DNA from: Octopus sinensis
Lineage: Eukaryota
Assembly: GCF_006345805.1 (NCBI RefSeq)
Contig: NW_021826010.1
Coordinates: forward strand, 1-13,932
Length of the DNA stretch: 13,932 bases
Direction: 5' to 3'
Below are positions 7,713 through 13,932 of the stretch, piece by piece. The position numbers and the translations under genes are program-made. Under the pieces are notes generated by a model. The model was given only the letters and a program-made list of their open reading frames with translations. It was not told the origin of the DNA and made no database searches. Numbering within the stretch: position 1 is the stretch's first letter; every line of letters starts with the position of its first letter.

Positions 7713-7835
7713 CACACATAATATATATATATACATACACATATACGAGAATGTGTTATGCACATGTGTGTATGTCTTCTATATATATATTGTATATATG
7801 CATGAGTACATATGTAAATGTGTGTGTGTGTGTGT
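7568..7835. repeat. (CT)n + long imperfect (AT)n + TG-rich compound microsatellite
   Basis: Directly visible; source of the Y/I-rich ORFs. Confidence 0.95.
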
Positions 7836-7956
7836 TTCTTTCACACCGCCCACATATTTCTCTCCTTGCATTTCTCTCTGCTCCAACAAATCTTTCCCTT
7901 ATTACATAAACAGTGAGAAATACAACAATCAAACATAGATTATGTATTACACTTAC

Positions 7957-7974
7957 AGAAGAGATGACCTTTCG
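7957..7974 (-). other. Candidate 18-nt microexon
   Basis: Minus strand: GTCTGCTTTTCATGTATCTCGCAG|CGAAAGGTCATCTCTTCT|GTAAGT. Splice signals only; no transcript evidence. Confidence 0.3.
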
Positions 7975-8462
7975 CTGCGAGATACATGAAAAGCAGACGA
8001 CAACTACTCTACATGTTTTTCATTATTTATTTGCTTATTTTCATTTCCCTCCATTGTTGCCGTTTTTGTTGTTGTTGCTGTTGATGTCGTTAATCGTTCT
8101 CTTTGGAATTCATTTCTTTCAATTTTTCCTCTTGCTTCCTCTTTCGTCCACCCTCCCCCACCAGGTATTCAATTAATGATCTTTACCAGAATATAATTAG
8201 TAATAAACCCGGAATATCATGTTTACCAATCTCTCCGGCGATTACCCGTCTATTGTTATCGCTAATGCTGTTGTCGTTATCGCTGTTGTAGTTGTTAACA
8301 CAAACACAAACTCAAATACACACACGCACACACGTATGAAGACATATAGTATAATCATTGGCCAGTGTTCAGGCATTTACATAAGGACATTGTAATATGT
8401 AATAGATAACATAAACATTTCCTCTTTCTGCATTCACGTAAGTTATTATTATGTTTTCTCAC

Positions 8463-8498
8463 CGTCTTCGATGCGAGACACAAGGAAACTTGAAACAC
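8463..8498 (-). other. Candidate 36-nt exon
   Basis: Minus strand: ATTTTGCATTCTGTTTCCAG|GTGTTTCAAGTTTCCTTGTGTCTCGCATCGAAGACG|GTGAGA. Splice signals only. Confidence 0.3.
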
Positions 8499-8544
8499 CT
8501 GGAAACAGAATGCAAAATATACATACCTAAATAGCTATATAAAT

Positions 8545-8566
8545 ATATATATATATATGCGTGTGT

Positions 8567-8619
<53 letters not shown>

Positions 8620-8700
8620 GTATGCATACATACATACATACATATGCACATATGTTTATGCATGTGTGTGTTTGTGCATGAGCAAATATTGCATACATAT
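8545..8700. repeat. (AT)n/(GT)n/(TACA)n compound microsatellite
   Basis: Directly visible. Confidence 0.93.
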
Positions 8701-8849
8701 ACACGGAGTTTTTTTTATGTATATCTAGATATATATGCAGGCATGCTAATATTTATTTATAAACGCTGGCTCGGAATTCAATAGAAAATATGTAGAGATA
8801 AACATCTATATATCCACCCATTCATACAAACATGTATTCATACTCACAT

Positions 8850-8981
8850 GCATACGTACATACATGCACACACGTATATATATCTATATCTATATTTATC
8901 TATCTATCCATCTATATATATATGCATATATATATGCATGCATAAATGAGCAAATAAATATATGTATGCATGTAAATATAT

Positions 8982-9028
<47 letters not shown>

Positions 9029-9050
9029 TTACACACATATGTACACTTGC
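8850..9050. repeat. AT/ATCT-rich low-complexity tract with (AT)n
   Basis: Directly visible. Confidence 0.9.
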
Positions 9051-9189
9051 AAATACTTAAATACAACACGCGCACACTCATAACAATAAAATATATATTA
9101 GTCGATATATATTCACTTATCGATATATCGATAAAATATATGCCAGTCAAATATTGAAGGTGACATAATTCACTCTTTCCGCACCCCTA

Positions 9190-9870
9190 AGATGCTGGCC
9201 TTGTGCATAGTTAAGAAATCAATGTTTGTGTCCAGCTGAGAAATGTATCCGGATCAGATTTAGAATGTTGTTGACAGTATTGGATTTTACATTGATGTTG
9301 TATGGAGGGCTAAAACAGATAACATTACAGTTACGGTTTTTGATTTCAATAGCTGCAGAGGACAGCAGTAAGAGGAGGGAAGAGGGTCAGATTTGGAGAT
9401 AAACATGTTTTTTCTTCTGTTCTCCTGCTTTCCAGTGTGTTTTTGTTGCGGTTTTCAGTGCTGTCGAATGCTCTTTTGTCAGAGGAGATGCTGGAGTTTT
9501 TCATATTAACATTGTTGATAAAATTCTTTAGTTTGATGGTGGGGATGGCTGGTGTTTTTGTTGATGTTATAGAGCTTTTTTTGTTGAATTTGTTTAGATT
9601 TAATGTGACATCTCAGAAGCTAACAATCGTTTTATCTATAGTTACAGTAATATTAAATCTTAGTTATCTATTCTATCTGCCAGCTTCGTTTGAGAAATGT
9701 CCAAGTAGGATAGGGTCATGAAATATTAGAGTAATAAAAGCTTGGCTTTTGAACTTAGAAAGCAGCTCTCCAAGCCACAGACAAGGAGTTCTATTTTTTA
9801 GTACACCAACAGTTGTCTTTACAGACTCTTTCTCTCGATGCCACGGCTGTTGCTCAAGGAAGGACAAGAG
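9190..9870 (-). pseudogene. Decayed Penelope-like element (PLE) reverse transcriptase C-terminal/thumb region
   Basis: Manual minus-strand translation gives LRFNITVTIDKTIVSF*DVTLNL (9663-9595), a shifted-frame LYNINKNTSHP, PTIKLKNFINNVNMKNSSISSDKRAFD, and NRNCNVICFSPPYNINVKSNTVNNILNLIRIHF (9338-9240). These match, in order, the PLE pattern as I recall it: LKITIE..K.VNFLDVTLNL / LYINK.SNHPP.I.KN / RKRNIIWFNPPYS.NV.TNIG..FL.LIDKHF. Stops and frameshifts are present. Confidence 0.8.
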
Positions 9871-10114
9871 TCAACACAGTTAGGCAACAATTTTGTCACA
9901 GGCATTGTTGACAGGAAAGTAAGGGCCACAACAAATACTAGGAGCTATTAATTGCATACAATGTTCTAATTAATCTGTCAGTCCTCCGTATCGATAATTG
10001 TATGAATAACGAGTATTTGTAGAAGCTAAAGAACTTACTGTAATATGTATTTGCCCTATCTAAGATATTGAGTACTTTTTAAATATTTTTTGCAAAGTTA
10101 CCGAGAATATTACA

Positions 10115-10160
10115 TTATATATATATATATGCATGTATGTATATACATACAGAGAGAGAG

Positions 10161-10210
<50 letters not shown>

Positions 10211-10305
10211 AAGAGAGAGATAAGAGAGAGAGAGAGAGATAAACTTATAGATATATATGTATATAAATACATACACACTTGTATATACACACGATATATA
10301 TTATC

Positions 10306-10381
<76 letters not shown>

Positions 10382-10420
10382 TATATATACATATATATAT
10401 ACGTATATATGTACGCACTG
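10115..10420. repeat. (GA)n and long (AT)n microsatellites
   Basis: Directly visible. Confidence 0.97.
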
Positions 10421-10631
10421 ATGCATATGTGCATATGTAAGGGTGTGCCGTATGTATTAAACGTTTTATGTGTATATGTATATAAATATATTTATATAAT
10501 TTTTTATATATAAATACGCATATAATGTAAAAATATATATTCATATGTATATATGTGTCTGTATACACACACACATACACGCACACATAATATATCTACG
10601 AGCAAAGCATACAAGAACAGACATTCACATG

Positions 10632-10663
<32 letters not shown>

Positions 10664-10759
10664 CATACTTATATACAGAATATTTACGTAATATATACAG
10701 AATATTCATAGCTACGTACAATATAATAAATTACTTTGAAATTCTTATAGTAATGTATC

Positions 10760-10774
10760 ATACACACGCACGCA

Positions 10775-10806
<32 letters not shown>

Positions 10807-10846
10807 CACACATACACGCACTTTACACTTACACACCACACACGCA
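10760..10846. repeat. (CGCA)/(CA)n microsatellite
   Basis: Directly visible. Confidence 0.92.
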
Positions 10847-11212
10847 CGTAAGAGCAATAACCAATATGTGCCGCTTATTAAATCTATGTAATAACGTCAG
10901 ATACAATGTATACGAGCCGTATTAAAGCGTCTATCATCCATACTATGAGATACCTAATATCCTGATATCTGTTTGATATTGCTGACATCCATGGTTTATT
11001 TCATATCGCCCAATTACTGATTTCATTTGTTTTTATTTTACAATCCATTTTGTGAGCAGTTTGTGAAATGTCATGGGTTACAGGTTTTATAGCATTTTGC
11101 TATGGTGAGACAGGAATAGAGTTGTCTGAACAGCATGGGCAGAACAATCTCGACAAGTTTATCTTAGTTGGAAAACACCGGTTTATCTATGCTTCCTTGC
11201 TGTGCTCATATA

Positions 11213-11395
11213 TTCTTTTATTCTTTTATTCTTTTTTATTTGTTTCAGTCATTTGACTGCGGCCATGCTGGAACACTGCCTGAAGGGTTTTAGTCGAAGA
11301 AAACCAACCCAGAACTTATTCTTTGTAAGCATAGTACTTATTCTATCGAATTTCTTTTGCCGAACCGCTAAGTTACGGGGACATAAGCACACTAT
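11213..11395 (-). mobile_element. 3' fragment of the same SINE family as 479-934
   Basis: Minus strand GTCCCCGTAACTTAGCGGTTCGGCAAAAGAAATTCGATAGAATAAGTAC..AGGCAGTGTTCCAGCATGGCCG aligns with ~805-934 (GTTCCCGAAACTTAACGAATTGCTATAAGAGACCGAT..AGGCGGAGCTCCAGCTAGCCG); ends in an A-rich tail. Confidence 0.8.
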
Positions 11396-11425
11396 CATCT
11401 CTCTTTTATCTTCTAATGGTTTCAG

Positions 11426-11452
11426 TGTGTGTGTGTGTGTGTGTGTGTGTGT
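11426..11452. repeat. (GT)n microsatellite
   Basis: Directly visible. Confidence 0.95.
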
Positions 11453-11734
11453 ATTGCTCCGGATAATGAGCTAGAAATGACCTAGATTCGTCTTTAATGA
11501 AGGTATATTCACTTTAATAAAATATTATTTGATTTCTGTTAAAAAGTTAATTTTTATGTAATAAATTAAATTTTCTGATATGTTTATAGGGGTCTAGTAT
11601 GTAAGGAATGCACGTGTTTAATATGAATAGTATATTTCATAATTTAATTGTATAAATGGCATCTCAAATTAAAGCGTAGTAAATAGAAATACAGGGTTAG
11701 GCGAAAGTGAAAACAGTTTTAATAAATTTGAAAC

Positions 11735-12640
11735 TATTGCGATATATCAAAGGATCAACGTGTCTCGTTTATTGTTTTGATAGCGCAATCTTTGTACTTC
11801 TGAATGATATCACTTTTGCAATATGGCACTGTACATATGATGACAGCAATCTCATGGCATTCAGATGCGTTAAAACAATTTGAATTTTCTTCAGATGGAC
11901 TCTTTTGTTCTGAAGCCCCACTGTATGTGCAGACTCCGGAGAATACTTGAAATTCCCTTTGCATGGGTCATATCTTGAAGTTAAAGAATCAACTCAAACT
12001 TTATGAGCCTGTCTCATTAAATTATCAATAAAGTACATCTGCAGAAACTGTGGCTCGTCGTTAATGAGGGGCAGAAGGGAACTAATTTCATGGTAGATTT
12101 GCCCTTGTACTTCAAAAGTTGGCTTGAATCTCCCTTCTCGAATGATGTTGGCCCGATTGGAAGTCATTAAAAAAGAAAGTTATGCTTTCTGATGTTCATT
12201 TAATATGCATGAGTTTCGCAGTAGCAACATTAAGAAATTGTTTTAGCAGATCTGGGGGATCAGCAAGAACTGGTAGATTAGCTTTTCCATTTTAACAATC
12301 TTGCGTGTATAGCTGGGATCTAAACTCTGCTTGTATTTCTCTTTGAAGTTTATACCTGACCAAGCACAGTTATGGGTTTCATGGTGTTTATGAGCAGCTT
12401 GTCAGCTGTTGAAGGTGGCTTTTACCTTCATTAGACATCTCTAGTTGTCAACAGACAGCCTGACTGCTAGCATCTGTTTACAACGTGTGTCACGTTCCCT
12501 ATCGGGTTTAAGTTTTCTTTATGCAACATCCCTAACAAGTTTAGCATGCAGTCTTTGTAGATACTCTTCATACTTTTCAACGTTTCTCTTAGCACACTTG
12601 CATTTCGCATCAGACAACGTTTTATGGCATTATTGATGGA
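11735..12640 (-). pseudogene. Decayed Helitron RepHel N-terminal fragment (upstream of the Rep HUH domain)
   Basis: Minus strand gives NGKANLPVLADPPDLLKQFL (~12291-12232), NIRKHN, MTSNRANIIREGRFKPTFEVQGQIYHEISSLLPLINDEPQFLQMYF (12167-12030), and KSPSEENSNCFNASECHEIAVII..SDII..INETR*SFD (in and after ORF 11755..11964). These match, in order, RepHel motifs as I recall them: NGKV.LP.L..PP, IR.YN.FQMTSFG, PTFK.QGQ.YH..GSLLP, P.FLQ.YF, EH.RRFNAP..NEVA, RDI..I.ETH.SYD. A charged helical segment lies at 12445-12640. Multiple stops and frameshifts. Confidence 0.85.
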
Positions 12641-13932
12641 AACAAATTATTAAAACAAGCAACTGTAGGCAAGTATCCTTTCCTGTAATAAATTGAGGTA
12701 AAAACTATCTCTCTCTCTCACCCTCTTGTAGTTACACTGTTTTCTATCCTTTAGGATGTCTTCTAAGCGGTTACCCACCATTCTTGTCTTTTTGGCATTG
12801 AAGATATATGTTGCTCGTTCTTATTTATTTCGTCTTGGTTCCTCGTTTTAAATCCCATTTAGTCACTTCTTATGTCTATTCTGTATGTATTATTTTATTT
12901 GCTCTCGGCCCTATATTCTCCACAACTTTCGCGGGCACCACCTGCATGGGAAGTTCTCAGTCTTATCATTAATGGTGCGAAACTGAGAATTACCATGTGG
13001 TTGATAACTGATGAAGAATTAGGGACCTTCTGTGTCTGTCTCCCGTTCGATTGTACACTCAGTATACGCTGTTTGTTTATTTAACGTATATTTTTTTCAT
13101 TTTTTTTTTTCATTTATTATATATAGGAGAGCTGAAATAATGTGATAAGGTAGGCCTGGAGGCGGCACTGGCGGTTGATTATCTCCCACTACGAAATTGA
13201 CAAGAGTACTAATATGCACCACAAGTCCATATGAAAGGTTCTCTCATGATAATTATCGCAGTATTCTCTGTTCTAACACAGCGTCCACTTTAAGTGGTAA
13301 TAAATATTACCTTTTGATATCAACACTGCTTCTGTCGCTCTCATTCGTGGTCCCGGTTATTTGCGGAACTAATAACTGATCGCGGAGACCACTGCATATT
13401 CGTGGAATCGTAAATATCGTCCGCGATTTTTTCGTGGCAATATATATTTTTTCACACTTTTTAAGGCTAAATTATTAATGACAATATGCTGTATTTATCG
13501 GCTTGCTGGACGTCCCTTCGAAGTTGAAGCTCCCTCTGATTAGAATAGCTGCGCATCACGTCGCTTGATTGTTTAGAGTGCACTGTATCTTGTGTCTCTT
13601 ATTCCTGCTCTCAATGAAAGCTTGCTAATTAGTATAGCGACATCTATCTATATTTCACACATACACACTCTCTCTCCCTCTCTCGCTGTATTTGTCTCTC
13701 AACAATAACAACCCTCTTCTTGTAGTGAAAGTATATATATATCTATATATATATATATAATTAATTAATAAGGGTGAGAGGAATTAGATACTAATTTAAT
13801 AGTTATTTATTCAACACAAGTGGCCTTGTGCTACGAGAAACCTGGATTATTATAATATTTTATAACATATTATAATATTTTTACAAAATAAATATAAGAG
13901 AGTGGTCACTATATTGCTCACTCTAGCACCAG

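Noticed and set aside
9613-9615. In-frame TGA in the PLE RT as a selenocysteine codon (reported for some PLEs)
   Set aside because: It replaces the conserved Leu of FLDV by a single-base change, and the element has other stops and frameshifts.
9437-9721. Hydrophobic 94-aa ORF resembling a membrane protein
   Set aside because: It is antisense to the K/N-rich PLE frame, which accounts for its T-rich codons.
400-10586. Many 60-140 aa ORFs rich in YI, HT, CV, RE or homopolymer runs
   Set aside because: They are translations of (AT)n, (CA)n, (GA)n, (TACA)n and trinucleotide tracts, which lack stop codons in several frames.
13741-13800. A|TCTATATATA.. as a plus-strand Helitron 5' end
   Set aside because: It cannot be separated from an ordinary (AT)n tract, and any 3' end would lie outside the window.

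Overview
This is AT-rich, microsatellite-dense eukaryotic DNA with no intact protein-coding gene. The SINE families resemble those I recall from Octopus (coleoid cephalopod) genomes; that assignment is inference and was not searched. Most ORFs in the track are microsatellite or antisense artefacts. Supportable content: eight MetaSINE-type tRNA-derived SINE copies (five packed in a head-to-tail array at 1150-2157), three other tRNA-headed or CORE-like SINE pieces, and an 812-bp foldback element (5779-6590) with a perfect 8-bp target-site duplication and internal telomere-like hexamers. There is also a small MITE-like inverted-repeat element, a decayed Penelope-like RT fragment (minus, ~9190-9870) and a decayed Helitron RepHel fragment (minus, ~11735-12640). 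I cannot support a new biological system from sequence alone. The best leads are the foldback element, the SINE concatemer bounded by a 19-bp direct repeat, an array of six palindromic motifs with dissimilar spacers (2173-2475), and two frame-preserving microexon candidates on the minus strand (7957-7974, 8463-8498).
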